64,000 nucleotides of DNA from a virus: IMG/VR virus record IMGVR_UViG_3300009161_000023, positions 133,542-197,541 of that record. The stretch is one strand, 5' to 3'. Below are positions 1 through 16,055 of this stretch, in pieces. Below the pieces are notes generated by a model, which did not search any database, had not been told where the DNA came from, and saw only the letters and a list, made by a program, of their open reading frames with translations. The translations under genes were made by a program, and so were the position numbers. How positions within the stretch are numbered: position 1 is the stretch's first letter; each line of letters begins with the position of its first letter.

Positions 1-6192
<6,192 letters not shown>

Positions 6193-6216
6193 TAATTAGC
6201 CTTAAACATTATTATT

Positions 6217-6702
6217 TTATAATCTAGTTATTTGATCAGCGTTTATATTTGTATTGTTATTTATTTGATTACTAACATCATTTCTAATAATACTTGCTTC
6301 TTTTGGTGTTAAAACTCTTGCAATTCCAATAATGTTTAAAAAAGCATCACAATCAAATATTTTAACGCTTCGCATTCCAACTTTTTTATATTTCCTATAA
6401 GCTTTTATTATATATCCACTTCCTTTTACTAAATTGTATCCAAAGTTAGGATTTCCACAGGCATTGAATTTTTTGCCAAGAAGTTCTTTTATTGTATAAA
6501 ATGTTAATGCGTGTATGTTTAAGCCAGAAATATATTTAGTAGTAAGCTTAGTTACTATTATGGTAGGATATGGGTCATGTTTAAAGAAGTCATATTTGAA
6601 TGCAATTATAGAACCTTTTCCTAATGTTTTAGGCCCTAGTCTTTTAGTTGATTTACCAAAATCTTTTGGTAAATCTTTTGAATAGAAAGGATCTTCAGCC
6701 AT
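6217..6702 (-). CDS. T4 gp2-like DNA end protector
   Basis: Likely start MAEDPF at 6702, just after the upstream stop at 6704. GSIIAFKYDFFKHDPYPTIIV...ISGLNIHAL...YRKYKK resembles the gp2 pattern (F.Y...D.FP.....GLNLHYL...F..Y). Confidence 0.55.
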   Translation of the reverse strand: MAEDPFYSKDLPKDFGKSTKRLGPKTLGKGSIIAFKYDFFKHDPYPTIIVTKLTTKYISGLNIHALTFYTIKELLGKKFNACGNPNFGYNLVKGSGYIIKAYRKYKKVGMRSVKIFDCDAFLNIIGIARVLTPKEASIIRNDVSNQINNNTNINADQITRL

Positions 6703-6703
6703 A

Positions 6704-7213
6704 TTAAAGACCAAATCCATTTTTGGAGTAAACTTGGTTTGAATAATCAGTACCAGTATTTCTAACAACGATTGAGCCAGCTTTATCACCAGCAGATTGA
6801 CCATCAATAATTTTTCCCATTAATTCATCTTCTGCAAATTTAGAGTGTTTGAAAAACTTTCTAATTTCCAATGCAACTTCTTTAACTAATGTTTCAGTAG
6901 CTTCTTTTTTTTCAGCTTCGACATTACATATTTGATTGAATAAATCATTAATATCTAAAGCTCTAGCTAATCCATATGGTAAAGTTTCTTTTGTTTTGCA
7001 AACTTGAAATGACATAGTTTGACCATTTTCAAATATTCTAATTCCTTCAAAATCTAAATTATTCAAAGGATTAAAACAAAATATATATGGCTTTGATTCA
7101 CCTAGAAAAGAATCTACTCTTAATCCATCTTTTTCAAGAATCTTTTTTACTAGATTAAGTCTTTCTTCTGTTTCTTTATGTTGTGCAAAGGCAAATTCTA
7201 AAAAAGTTTTCAT
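6704..7213 (-). CDS. Hypothetical protein with CTS-like N-terminus (MKTFLEFAFAQ)
   Basis: ORF track; tight packing in the virion module. Confidence 0.75.
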   Translation of the reverse strand: MKTFLEFAFAQHKETEERLNLVKKILEKDGLRVDSFLGESKPYIFCFNPLNNLDFEGIRIFENGQTMSFQVCKTKETLPYGLARALDINDLFNQICNVEAEKKEATETLVKEVALEIRKFFKHSKFAEDELMGKIIDGQSAGDKAGSIVVRNTGTDYSNQVYSKNGFGL

Positions 7214-7216
7214 AGT

Positions 7217-8545
7217 TTAGCAATTTCTAAGCAACATTTCAGGTGCAGAAGGAATGCATCTTTGCAAAACTTTCAAATCACTTGGGTTGCCATTATAAGG
7301 TATAGATTTAATGTTAATACCAGTAAAAGAATAAGCAGCTTCTTTTACAATTTCTTCACTGGCAATTAAAAATAGAACGCCATCTCTTCTTGCCATAAAT
7401 TCTATATTTTGCTTAATAGGTTTTCCTGATTCATCAAGTTCACCAGTATCTTTTTGATATAATATTTTAACATCAGAAGCAGTAATAATATTATTATCTT
7501 TATCAATAATCGCTTCTGAGTTTTCATTTTCATAAAACTGAACAATTATCTTGCCTTTGTTATATGCAGATTTCAATGCTGTAGAAAGATCTAATCCCAG
7601 CATGAATATAGTTCCATCTTCATTAACAACATTTACTAAAAAAGACCTTTTTTTAAAGAAGCTAGAAATGCTATCAATTATAATTCTTTTTCTTAGAATA
7701 TCTTTTTCTTCAGGTGCTCCATTTTCTAATCTTTCTATTTCTGAATCAGATAGATATTTTTCTGGTTCATCAGCAGTCATGAACCATCTTCCTAGATCAA
7801 CAGATCCAAATTTAGAATTCATTCTAGTTGAAATCTTAATTGAATAATCTTTTTGATTAAATACTAAATCTTCATTTAAGCCACCAGATCCAACTTGAAC
7901 TGATAACAGCAAGGAGGCTATGAATTTTCTATGTAGATCGCCTTTTAGTCCATGAAGTCCAATTAGCTTAATGAATACATTTGCAACATCAGGAGAGCTT
8001 TGTAAGCTATTGATTATGTGGTTAGTCAAAGAAACAGAAGGATTGTTTTGATCTAATTCTTCTTTTATTAATTTTCTAATTTCGTTAGATACTTTTTCAA
8101 TATTAGCTTGTTGTCTTAAAAAGCAAATTTGAAGATTATCTTCAACAAACTTTCTACGATGTGGATCAAGATCATAATCTCTTACTTTTTGAATCATATT
8201 AATAAGTTTGTTTGTATCGCCTTTAATAGTTTCTTTAAAGTAATCACTTTCCCAAGTATCATAATCAAAGTCTTTTGCTTCTTCTGGCATATCAGGAGAA
8301 GCTGGATCATTTGATGGATCTGGTTTATCTGCTGGTTTTGGTTCAAGTTGTTCAGGGGCACTACCAGAGATTTTATCATTTAAGTTTGCAACATTATTAT
8401 CTTCTGATGGTGGCATTTTAGCTCCAGCACCTGGTAAAAATGCTTGTTGGGAATCTGATGGAACACCAGCAAGTGATTCAGGGCCACCGCCAACGACAGG
8501 ATCTTGTTCATTAATTAGCCATGCTTCAAGAATCGATATATTCAT
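7217..8545 (-). CDS. Hypothetical (probably virion) protein, acidic Pro-rich N-terminal region
   Basis: 442-aa ORF starting MNISILEAWLINE; overlaps the upstream gene end. Confidence 0.75.
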   Translation of the reverse strand: MNISILEAWLINEQDPVVGGGPESLAGVPSDSQQAFLPGAGAKMPPSEDNNVANLNDKISGSAPEQLEPKPADKPDPSNDPASPDMPEEAKDFDYDTWESDYFKETIKGDTNKLINMIQKVRDYDLDPHRRKFVEDNLQICFLRQQANIEKVSNEIRKLIKEELDQNNPSVSLTNHIINSLQSSPDVANVFIKLIGLHGLKGDLHRKFIASLLLSVQVGSGGLNEDLVFNQKDYSIKISTRMNSKFGSVDLGRWFMTADEPEKYLSDSEIERLENGAPEEKDILRKRIIIDSISSFFKKRSFLVNVVNEDGTIFMLGLDLSTALKSAYNKGKIIVQFYENENSEAIIDKDNNIITASDVKILYQKDTGELDESGKPIKQNIEFMARRDGVLFLIASEEIVKEAAYSFTGINIKSIPYNGNPSDLKVLQRCIPSAPEMLLRNC

Positions 8546-8975
8546 TTTTTTCTTTATCCTTTACATTATTAAGAGCTTCTATTATGGAGCGTCTATCTGT
8601 AATATGTATGTGATTCGTTTGATTTGTTAAAGCTTTAGAGTTATTTTTTTCTTTAATTTTAAGAGAAGTTAACAAATCTGCCATTTTAGTTTTTTTATCT
8701 AATATATCACTTTTAATTTTTGTTAAATTTACTACAGCTTCTTTAGAAGAGCTACTTACATCTCCTCCGTTAAAAACCATATCTGTAAAATTTGATAAAA
8801 GGCCATCTACTTCAATTCTATCAACTCTAATATCTTCTAATATTTCTCTATACAAACCTAGTAAATATTCATCTCCAATTAATCCTGTGTATTCTTCAAC
8901 GACAGGCTGTTTGTTTTCTATATTTACAATTTCTGGTACGATATTATCTACTTCGTCACTTTTAATTTCATCCAT
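8526..8975 (-). CDS. Hypothetical helical protein, possibly terminase small subunit-like
   Basis: SD (agaggtg) upstream. Size, acidic N-terminus, helical core and C-terminal NQTNHIHITDRRSIIEAL are loosely gp16-like; function is weak inference. Confidence 0.4.
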   Translation of the reverse strand: MDEIKSDEVDNIVPEIVNIENKQPVVEEYTGLIGDEYLLGLYREILEDIRVDRIEVDGLLSNFTDMVFNGGDVSSSSKEAVVNLTKIKSDILDKKTKMADLLTSLKIKEKNNSKALTNQTNHIHITDRRSIIEALNNVKDKEKNEYIDS

Positions 8976-9043
8976 AATAATTCACCTCTAATATTATTTA
9001 CTTTAAATTAATATAAAATTAACAAATTTGCCATAAATATAAT

Positions 9044-9529
9044 ATGGTTTTAAAAAATAATAATAATAATGATGCATTTCAAGCAAATTATAATTTCTTG
9101 CAACTTAGCGATTCTATTAAAGAAATTGCAGTTATGATTTCAAAAACTGATATTCATTTGGAAAATATAAAAGCTCAGCAATTTGAGTCTATAAAAAAAA
9201 TCGAGAGAATTGAAGAATTTATGAATAATTTTTCAAATTTAGAAAATAAAATTAAAATTATAGAGCAAAAAGATTTGGTTATTATTAATAAAGAAATTGA
9301 TTATCTTAAATCTGAATTTGATAAAGCAAAAGATTGCATTGATGAGTTATTTAAAAAAATTGATAGTCATAAGACTAAGATATGGGAAGTTAAAGGAGAC
9401 ACAAGAGAAATTAAAGTTTTCAATGAAGATTTTAAAAGCAGGTTAAAGTTTATGGCAGATTTATTTTTTAAAATTGCAATTGGATTATTCTTAAGTTTCG
9501 CAGCATATAAAATGGGATGGGAAAAATGA
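9044..9529 (+). CDS. Coiled-coil protein with C-terminal hydrophobic helix (XhlA/holin-like architecture)
   Basis: Heptad-like K/E/I pattern, then FMADLFFKIAIGLFLSFAAYKMGW; CATAAATA 4 nt upstream of ATG. Confidence 0.55.
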   Translation: MVLKNNNNNDAFQANYNFLQLSDSIKEIAVMISKTDIHLENIKAQQFESIKKIERIEEFMNNFSNLENKIKIIEQKDLVIINKEIDYLKSEFDKAKDCIDELFKKIDSHKTKIWEVKGDTREIKVFNEDFKSRLKFMADLFFKIAIGLFLSFAAYKMGWEK

Positions 9530-10803
9530 ATATATTTGAAAATGAAGATTACATGCCAAAAGTAAAATTACAGAAGAAGTCTACTGTTCCTTACTTGAAG
9601 CCATTTTTTGTAAATAGTCAGACTAATTCTGCTTTGCAGCCTATTATTGATAGTTTCAACAATTCTGATTCTGTAAATGTTGGGTATACGACTATAAAAA
9701 AAGATGGAGAGGAAGAATCTCCATCTTTGAAAAAGAAAACTATTTGGCTTACTGGAAGTTCTTTAAGAAATCATTTATCAAATGAAACATTTTACAATTA
9801 CACTTGTGTAACAAATGCTTCTCCAGATGAAATTAAAATGATTTTAAATCAATCAAGTTATGATTTTCAGCAAGTTAAACCTAAAGGAGAAATTGGAAAT
9901 ATAGAAAAATATAAAAATTTACCTGATGAAACTAATGATAAATATTTTTTTTATATAAGTAAAGTAGATGAGCAAAACAACGAAATGGAAGTTACAGCAT
10001 CTGTTTCTGGAAATCTTGTTTACATAAGTACTTTAAACAGCAATATTAAATTTAAAATTGGCAATGATAAACTTAGAAAATTTACTTCATCTATTTCTGA
10101 AGATGCAAAAGGAAGAGATTTTTCTGTTAATGCTATTTATTTAAAGCTTAAAGATTCAAATGGCAACAACAATGATATTTCTGATCCTGTTGGAGGAATG
10201 CATGATATTGCCAACAATAATATTAAATTATTAAATTCAACTTCGTTTACATTTAAAACAAATCCAGCTTTGATTATTACTTTTTGCGAATTAAGTTCAA
10301 AGTTTAATAAAGATAAAAAGATAGAAAGAAGTGATTTAGTTTCAATTAAAAAAAACATTGATAATTTTAAAGATTATCCAAAACTATTTATTAGAACTTT
10401 AAGAAATTCAGTTAATAGTTCATCTACTCCAATATTTAGTTTTTTAAATAATCTTTATATTACTGGGATGTTTGGAAAAATGTTTTCAGGTCTTAAAATA
10501 AGTTTGCCTCACATGGGATTACCTAGATATTTTGATTTTGTAATTGGTTATTTATTACACGAGAATGAAAAAGAAAAAGTATCTATGGTTTTGTCTGAAT
10601 TAGATTTTAATAAATTTGATATTAAAGAAGTTGAATTTACTATGGATTTAACAAAATGGATTAAAACAGAAGACGATTCAATACTTAAATCTTTGCTTGA
10701 TAATCAAAACAATCAATCTATAAATAAAATATACAATTATTTAAAATCTTTTGGAAAAGATGTTATTTTTAAGAATGCAGCTAAAAAATATTTAGAAATG
10801 TAA
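9526..10803 (+). CDS. CCA-adding enzyme/poly(A) polymerase-like protein with degenerate active site
   Basis: IWLTGSSLRNHLSNETFYNYTCVTNASPDEI aligns gap-free to class II NTase motif A; also EDAKGRDFSVNAIY and ISDPVGGMHDIANNNIKLL. ATGA overlap at 9526. Confidence 0.75.
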   Translation: MNIFENEDYMPKVKLQKKSTVPYLKPFFVNSQTNSALQPIIDSFNNSDSVNVGYTTIKKDGEEESPSLKKKTIWLTGSSLRNHLSNETFYNYTCVTNASPDEIKMILNQSSYDFQQVKPKGEIGNIEKYKNLPDETNDKYFFYISKVDEQNNEMEVTASVSGNLVYISTLNSNIKFKIGNDKLRKFTSSISEDAKGRDFSVNAIYLKLKDSNGNNNDISDPVGGMHDIANNNIKLLNSTSFTFKTNPALIITFCELSSKFNKDKKIERSDLVSIKKNIDNFKDYPKLFIRTLRNSVNSSSTPIFSFLNNLYITGMFGKMFSGLKISLPHMGLPRYFDFVIGYLLHENEKEKVSMVLSELDFNKFDIKEVEFTMDLTKWIKTEDDSILKSLLDNQNNQSINKIYNYLKSFGKDVIFKNAAKKYLEM

Positions 10804-10815
10804 TTATTTTAAAGT

Positions 10816-11664
10816 ATGCACTTTTTAACAATAGCAGAAGATACTCCTTATTATCAATGGCAAATTGAATTATTAATTGAATCGTTCAAGATGAAAAAAC
10901 TTGAAGACAAATTATTCATATATCTTATAAAGACTGAAAATTCAGTTGATGGTATAAAAAACAACATTAATAGTCATCCTAATTTATTTTATTACAATTC
11001 AGATAGGATAAAAACTTGTAGTTTAAATTTTGATTTTCATCAATGTATTTTAAATTATAGAAATAATTTTCCACTAGAAAATTTTATGATTTTAGATACT
11101 GATAACTTATTAAAAAACATTGATGAATCTGATTTTAATTTACAAAATTTAGTTTATCAGATTGATCAAAAGGAAAACGATGAGTTGTCTTTAATATTAA
11201 AACTATCAAGAAGTAAATATAATTATAGTTTTTATCCTATGACATCGATTATTTACTTTAGTGCATTTTATTCATATGATTTTTTCAAATCTGCATTTTT
11301 AATACTAGAAGACTTAATTAAAATTTCTTTTTTTTGTAATATTGATAATGAAAAACATGAACCAGATTTAGATTTATATAAATATTCTTATTTGATTCTT
11401 TCATTAATGTATAACATTAAAGTTAATCCTTCATATAAGCTTTTAAATTATGCATATGAAGGCACTGACATGGATGTAAATTTTATTTCTTACAAGCATG
11501 ATGTTAAACCTTACTTTTATAAAAAAAATTACTTTCAAAAGGATTTTAAAAATCTATCTTTGAGTTATACTGACCCATTTGAAAACATGTTAGATTTACC
11601 AGATTTTGTTGGTTGTTCTTTTATAAAAAGCATTGTTTTAAGTTATCAAAATTTTTCTGATTGA
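10816..11664 (+). CDS. Putative glycosyltransferase-like protein (Ser/Hyp O-glycosyltransferase-like N-terminus)
   Basis: YYQWQIELLIESF and FMILDTDNLL (DxD) motifs. Confidence 0.4.
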   Translation: MHFLTIAEDTPYYQWQIELLIESFKMKKLEDKLFIYLIKTENSVDGIKNNINSHPNLFYYNSDRIKTCSLNFDFHQCILNYRNNFPLENFMILDTDNLLKNIDESDFNLQNLVYQIDQKENDELSLILKLSRSKYNYSFYPMTSIIYFSAFYSYDFFKSAFLILEDLIKISFFCNIDNEKHEPDLDLYKYSYLILSLMYNIKVNPSYKLLNYAYEGTDMDVNFISYKHDVKPYFYKKNYFQKDFKNLSLSYTDPFENMLDLPDFVGCSFIKSIVLSYQNFSD

Positions 11665-12740
11665 GTTAAAGCACTAGCTACTACTTGATCCATATTATAA
11701 TATTGATATTTTCCTAATCTTCCGCCAAATATAATTTGATCATCATTCATTAGGCTAACATATTTTTCATAGATTTCTTTATTTTTACTTGTTGGTACTG
11801 GATAATATGGTTCATTGCCTTCTTGAACATTATAATCCTGTGGATATTCTTTTGTTATCCATGATCCAGTTACTGTTTCATCGTGAAAGAACTTAGATTC
11901 AAATATTCTAGTATAAGGTATTTTTTCATCTGTATAATTAATAATAGAATTTCCTTGATAATCATTTTTATGAAATGTTTCTTCAAATCTCAATGATCTA
12001 TACTCAAGCAACCCATAAGAATAATTGAAATATTGATCTACCTTACCAGAGTAAATTATTTTCTTATAATTTTTTAAATAAAAGTTTTTGTTTTCAAAGA
12101 AATCTGTATTTAAAATAACTTTGATTTTTGGATTATCTAAAAGTTTTTCAAATATTTCAGTATATCCATTTGTTGGTATACCTTCAAATTTGTCATCAAA
12201 ATATCTATCATTGTAATTTAATCTAATTGGTATTCTTTTAATTATAGAAACTGGTAATTCTTTTGGATCTTTATTCCATTGTTTTTTCGTATATCCTTTT
12301 ATAAAAATTTCATAAAGCTCTCTGCCGATATTTGCCAAACAAAATTCTTCTAAGTTTTTAGGATCAGCTATACTTAACTTTTTATCTTCAAGGATACTCT
12401 TGGCATGGTCAGGAGTAATACAACCATAGACTTGATTTAAAGTAAAAAGATTTATTGGAAATGAATATAGTTTGTCTTCATAAATAACTTTAGTATGTTG
12501 TTTTTTATTGTTAAATTTTACAATTCCATTCATGTATGACCAAATTCTTTGATTGTTTGTATGGAATATATGAGGGCCATACTTGTGTACTGGTATATTA
12601 TTTTTAATTTCAGTATAACAGTTGCCACCAAAATGATTTCTTTTGTCTAAGACATCTACAAAATATCCTTTTTTAGCTAATTCGCTAGCTAATACTGAGC
12701 CATAAAGACCAGAACCTACAACAAGAATTTTATGCTTCAT
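11646..12740 (-). CDS. glf: UDP-galactopyranose mutase
   Basis: VVGSGLYG FAD motif, GGNCY, HKYGPHIFHTN, GYTKKQW, PYYP, GRLGKYQYYNMDQVV. Confidence 0.95.
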   Translation of the reverse strand: MKHKILVVGSGLYGSVLASELAKKGYFVDVLDKRNHFGGNCYTEIKNNIPVHKYGPHIFHTNNQRIWSYMNGIVKFNNKKQHTKVIYEDKLYSFPINLFTLNQVYGCITPDHAKSILEDKKLSIADPKNLEEFCLANIGRELYEIFIKGYTKKQWNKDPKELPVSIIKRIPIRLNYNDRYFDDKFEGIPTNGYTEIFEKLLDNPKIKVILNTDFFENKNFYLKNYKKIIYSGKVDQYFNYSYGLLEYRSLRFEETFHKNDYQGNSIINYTDEKIPYTRIFESKFFHDETVTGSWITKEYPQDYNVQEGNEPYYPVPTSKNKEIYEKYVSLMNDDQIIFGGRLGKYQYYNMDQVVASALTQSEKF

Positions 12741-13590
12741 ATAATTTAATCTCTTCTGTTATTTCTTTATTATCGTTCATTACGAAATCATCAATTGGTT
12801 TTCTATAATTATTTTTAATAAGGTTTTTGTTCATAATTGGTCTTGAAACGCCTATTAAGATTTCAGGGCCTTTATTATTGTAAATTTTATCAAAGTATTC
12901 TAAATTAAAATAAACATTTGATGAAATATTTTCCATATAAATATTTAATTTTTTATTATATTTAGGATTTTTATCACTTATAGAAAGAAGAGTTTTAAAA
13001 CCTTTTAAATCAATATTAATATTTATTTTTCTTGACACATCTCTACAGATATATTTATTATTAGATTGATGACAAAAAAACGAAAGAAATATTTCTAGTC
13101 CTTTACCAAAATTTTCAGTTGATATATTAAAATCAATAAAATTACTTAATATATCTTTTCTTACAGCAAAACATCTAGGGTCAGGACATTTAATAATATT
13201 AAGTCCATAAAATTTATTAATATTATAATTTAAAGGATCATTGAAGTAAAAATATTTAGAATAATTTAAATTAAAATCTAGAATACCAGCATCAAAATAA
13301 TATTTATCAAAAAACCATTTTGTTTTTTTTATTAAGTATGGTATTTCTTTATATGCATCAAATGAACCATGCAAGAAAAAACATACTTCTTCTTTTTGAC
13401 TTAACATTCTTATGAATAATTTTTTTAAATTTTTACTTTTGTAATTTATTATTTTAATTTTTTTACTTTTAAGCTTTTTGCTAAAATTAAATAAAGAAAA
13501 TTTAATTTTGTGTTTTCTTAAAAAATTAATAAGATCATAATTTATTTTTTCATGTTTAAAACGAAATATAATAAATCTTAATTTTATCAT
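12730..13590 (-). CDS. Hypothetical protein in glycan cluster
   Basis: 286-aa ORF coupled to glf; very K/N/F-rich. Confidence 0.6.
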   Translation of the reverse strand: MIKLRFIIFRFKHEKINYDLINFLRKHKIKFSLFNFSKKLKSKKIKIINYKSKNLKKLFIRMLSQKEEVCFFLHGSFDAYKEIPYLIKKTKWFFDKYYFDAGILDFNLNYSKYFYFNDPLNYNINKFYGLNIIKCPDPRCFAVRKDILSNFIDFNISTENFGKGLEIFLSFFCHQSNNKYICRDVSRKININIDLKGFKTLLSISDKNPKYNKKLNIYMENISSNVYFNLEYFDKIYNNKGPEILIGVSRPIMNKNLIKNNYRKPIDDFVMNDNKEITEEIKLYEA

Positions 13591-14372
13591 TATTTTCTAC
13601 TCAGTTCATATAGTATTTCATTCAAAGAGTCTTCAGTTTTGACTGGGTGAACAATAGAGAGTTGTTTATTAATTTCACTTGCTTCTATAGGGGGCCTAAA
13701 TCTCATCATGTATTTCTTATTCATTCCTTGCCAAGAAAAATCTTCTTCTTTGAATCTGGTATAACTAAAAACATTTAACTTGTTGTACATGCAAATAGTT
13801 GGAAGTAAGACTTCAATAACATCATATTGATGAAAATTTGGATAAAATCCTTGAGGCATAAGACTTGTGAAATTTAAAAATTTTTCAAATATTTGATTAC
13901 AAAGAATTTCCATTAAATTTCTTTTAATGAAATAACAACATCCTAAGATACAATAATAATCTTCAAAGCTTACATCTAAACATTTTTTGAACATATCATC
14001 TTCGCAAAAAACATGTCTAAAATCATTTGCTATTAAGCTGTAATTTTCATTAATATATTGAAAATCATTTTTGAATTTTTCATTTAAAATAAAGTTATCA
14101 AACTCACTAAATAAATACCAATCTGCATTAGGAAAAAGTTCGTATGTTTTTTTCAAATTTAACATTACATTTTTAAATGGATTCCTTGCAGCAGTATGTT
14201 TGAATCCTTCTATTACATTAACATCAGAAAAGTAATCTAAAGGCCATTCTTCATAAGAAGTTCCTTCTATTAAAACTGAAATATCATGAGTAACATTCTT
14301 CTTTAGAAGATCAATATTTCTTCTTGCTAAAGATGGATCGTTATGAACATTTAAACTTGCAGCGAATATCAA
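13590..14372 (-). CDS. Hypothetical, possible glycosyltransferase
   Basis: ADWYLFSEFDNFI and LGCCYFI resemble GT-A features; context. Confidence 0.45.
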   Translation of the reverse strand: MIFAASLNVHNDPSLARRNIDLLKKNVTHDISVLIEGTSYEEWPLDYFSDVNVIEGFKHTAARNPFKNVMLNLKKTYELFPNADWYLFSEFDNFILNEKFKNDFQYINENYSLIANDFRHVFCEDDMFKKCLDVSFEDYYCILGCCYFIKRNLMEILCNQIFEKFLNFTSLMPQGFYPNFHQYDVIEVLLPTICMYNKLNVFSYTRFKEEDFSWQGMNKKYMMRFRPPIEASEINKQLSIVHPVKTEDSLNEILYELSRK

Positions 14373-14381
14373 TTTTTACCT

Positions 14382-14963
14382 CTATTTTATTATATTGCTT
14401 TTTAATACAATAAAATCAAATTTTTTCTTATTTAAATAATAAATTTTCCATTCATTAATATTTAAAAGGTAATCTATTTTCTTAAAGAAATAATCATCTA
14501 TTCCTTCTATAATAATAAATTTTTCTGGTTTAATATTATTAAATATAATATCATAAAAACTATCGCTATTATTTTTTTTAATATAATTATTTATAAAAAG
14601 AAGATCTACGCTAATATTACATTTAAACAATATATTTTTTGAATTTTCATATAATAATAATTCAATGTCATCTATGTAATTAATTAATTCATAATAGCTT
14701 AAGTTAATTTCATCATCTATTTTTGCTAATAATTTTGGTTTTCCTGCAAGTAGTGCTATGCTTGGTAAATTAAAAAATGAATTTACTTGAAATACACTAT
14801 CGCAATCTTCTGCTATGAGTTTTAATATTTTTAAATTTTCTTCATAGTCTTCTATTATGTCTTTTTCAATGCAATCACTATGAATGAATTTATAAATTGG
14901 GTCTTTGTATTTTTTAAATAAATTTAAATAAATATCAGTAATGTTTTTTATTTCTTGCACCAT
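14382..14963 (-). CDS. Hypothetical protein (possibly degenerate methyltransferase fold)
   Basis: 193-aa ORF coupled to the DegT gene. Confidence 0.45.
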   Translation of the reverse strand: MVQEIKNITDIYLNLFKKYKDPIYKFIHSDCIEKDIIEDYEENLKILKLIAEDCDSVFQVNSFFNLPSIALLAGKPKLLAKIDDEINLSYYELINYIDDIELLLYENSKNILFKCNISVDLLFINNYIKKNNSDSFYDIIFNNIKPEKFIIIEGIDDYFFKKIDYLLNINEWKIYYLNKKKFDFIVLKSNIIK

Positions 14964-16042
14964 TTTTTTACTAAGTCTATGATTTTATCAACATCATTGT
15001 ATTTTAAGTTATTGTGAACAGGTAAATTTATACCATTATCATAAAAGTTTTGACTCTGATCAAATGTTCCTACACAATATTTTTTAAACTTTTTTATTGT
15101 ATGTAATGGAGGAAACCTTAGCACTGTATAAACTTCATTTTTCAACATATATTTTGCAAATTCATTTCTGTTTTTAATAGTAACTAAATAAGAAAAATAA
15201 GATTCTTGTTTTGATTTATCATATTTTTGACATATTTTAATATTTGGTAATTTTTCAAATTCTTTTTGATAAATTTCCCAAATTCTTTTTCTCTTGTTTT
15301 GATTTCTTGTAAGATTTTTTAATTGTTCTAAAGCAAAAATACAAGCAATATCATTTGGCATGTATTTTACATTATTATTAATATAATCGAAATCCCACCA
15401 CATTTTTTCTTGTGAATTTTTATTTCTTATTATGCCATAATTTCTAAATGCTAATGCTTCATTAAGTAAATCATCATTAAAGCATACTCCTCCTAAATCT
15501 GGTGTAGCTATATTTTTTATAGAATCAAAGCTAAAACATCCTACATCTCCTATTGCACCAGCATAACTATTATTAATTTTAGAATTAACTACTTGAGCAG
15601 CATCTTCTAAGATTTTAACCTTATAGTTCTTAAATGAAATTAAATCTTCGGTTATTTTACCACCATAATGAACTACCATTATGCATTTAATTTTTTTATC
15701 AAATACCTTGTTTACAGTAGATAAGCTTAAATTTGCATCATGATCTACATCACAAATAACTGGCGTAAGATTCGCAGATAATATTGCTTGTATGCAGCCA
15801 AAAAATGTAAATGAAGGCAATAATACCTTATCCCCTTTTTTTAATTTCAATAAATGTAATCCTAAATGCAAAGCATTAGTACCATTATTAACAGAAATGA
15901 ATTTTTTATTAATTCTTTCTGAGAATTTTTTTTCAAATTCCTCGGTGTACTTTCCAATTCCAATCCATCCATTTTTTATACAATTTTTAACATCAGTTAC
16001 TATATTTTTATAGTTGTGTTTTGAGCTAGAAACATTGATCAT
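14948..16042 (-). CDS. DegT/DnrJ/EryC1/StrS PLP-dependent sugar aminotransferase
   Basis: NNGTNALHLGL, ILEDAAQ, GDVGCFSFDSIKNIATPDLGG (PLP Lys), NGINLPVHNNL. Confidence 0.92.
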   Translation of the reverse strand: MINVSSSKHNYKNIVTDVKNCIKNGWIGIGKYTEEFEKKFSERINKKFISVNNGTNALHLGLHLLKLKKGDKVLLPSFTFFGCIQAILSANLTPVICDVDHDANLSLSTVNKVFDKKIKCIMVVHYGGKITEDLISFKNYKVKILEDAAQVVNSKINNSYAGAIGDVGCFSFDSIKNIATPDLGGVCFNDDLLNEALAFRNYGIIRNKNSQEKMWWDFDYINNNVKYMPNDIACIFALEQLKNLTRNQNKRKRIWEIYQKEFEKLPNIKICQKYDKSKQESYFSYLVTIKNRNEFAKYMLKNEVYTVLRFPPLHTIKKFKKYCVGTFDQSQNFYDNGINLPVHNNLKYNDVDKIIDLVKKWCKK

Positions 16043-16055
16043 GTATTAATATAAT

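Noticed and set aside
9526-10803. Functional tRNA-repair CCA enzyme as an AMG
   Set aside because: Catalytic DxD and template motifs are substituted; reported instead as a probable pseudoenzyme.
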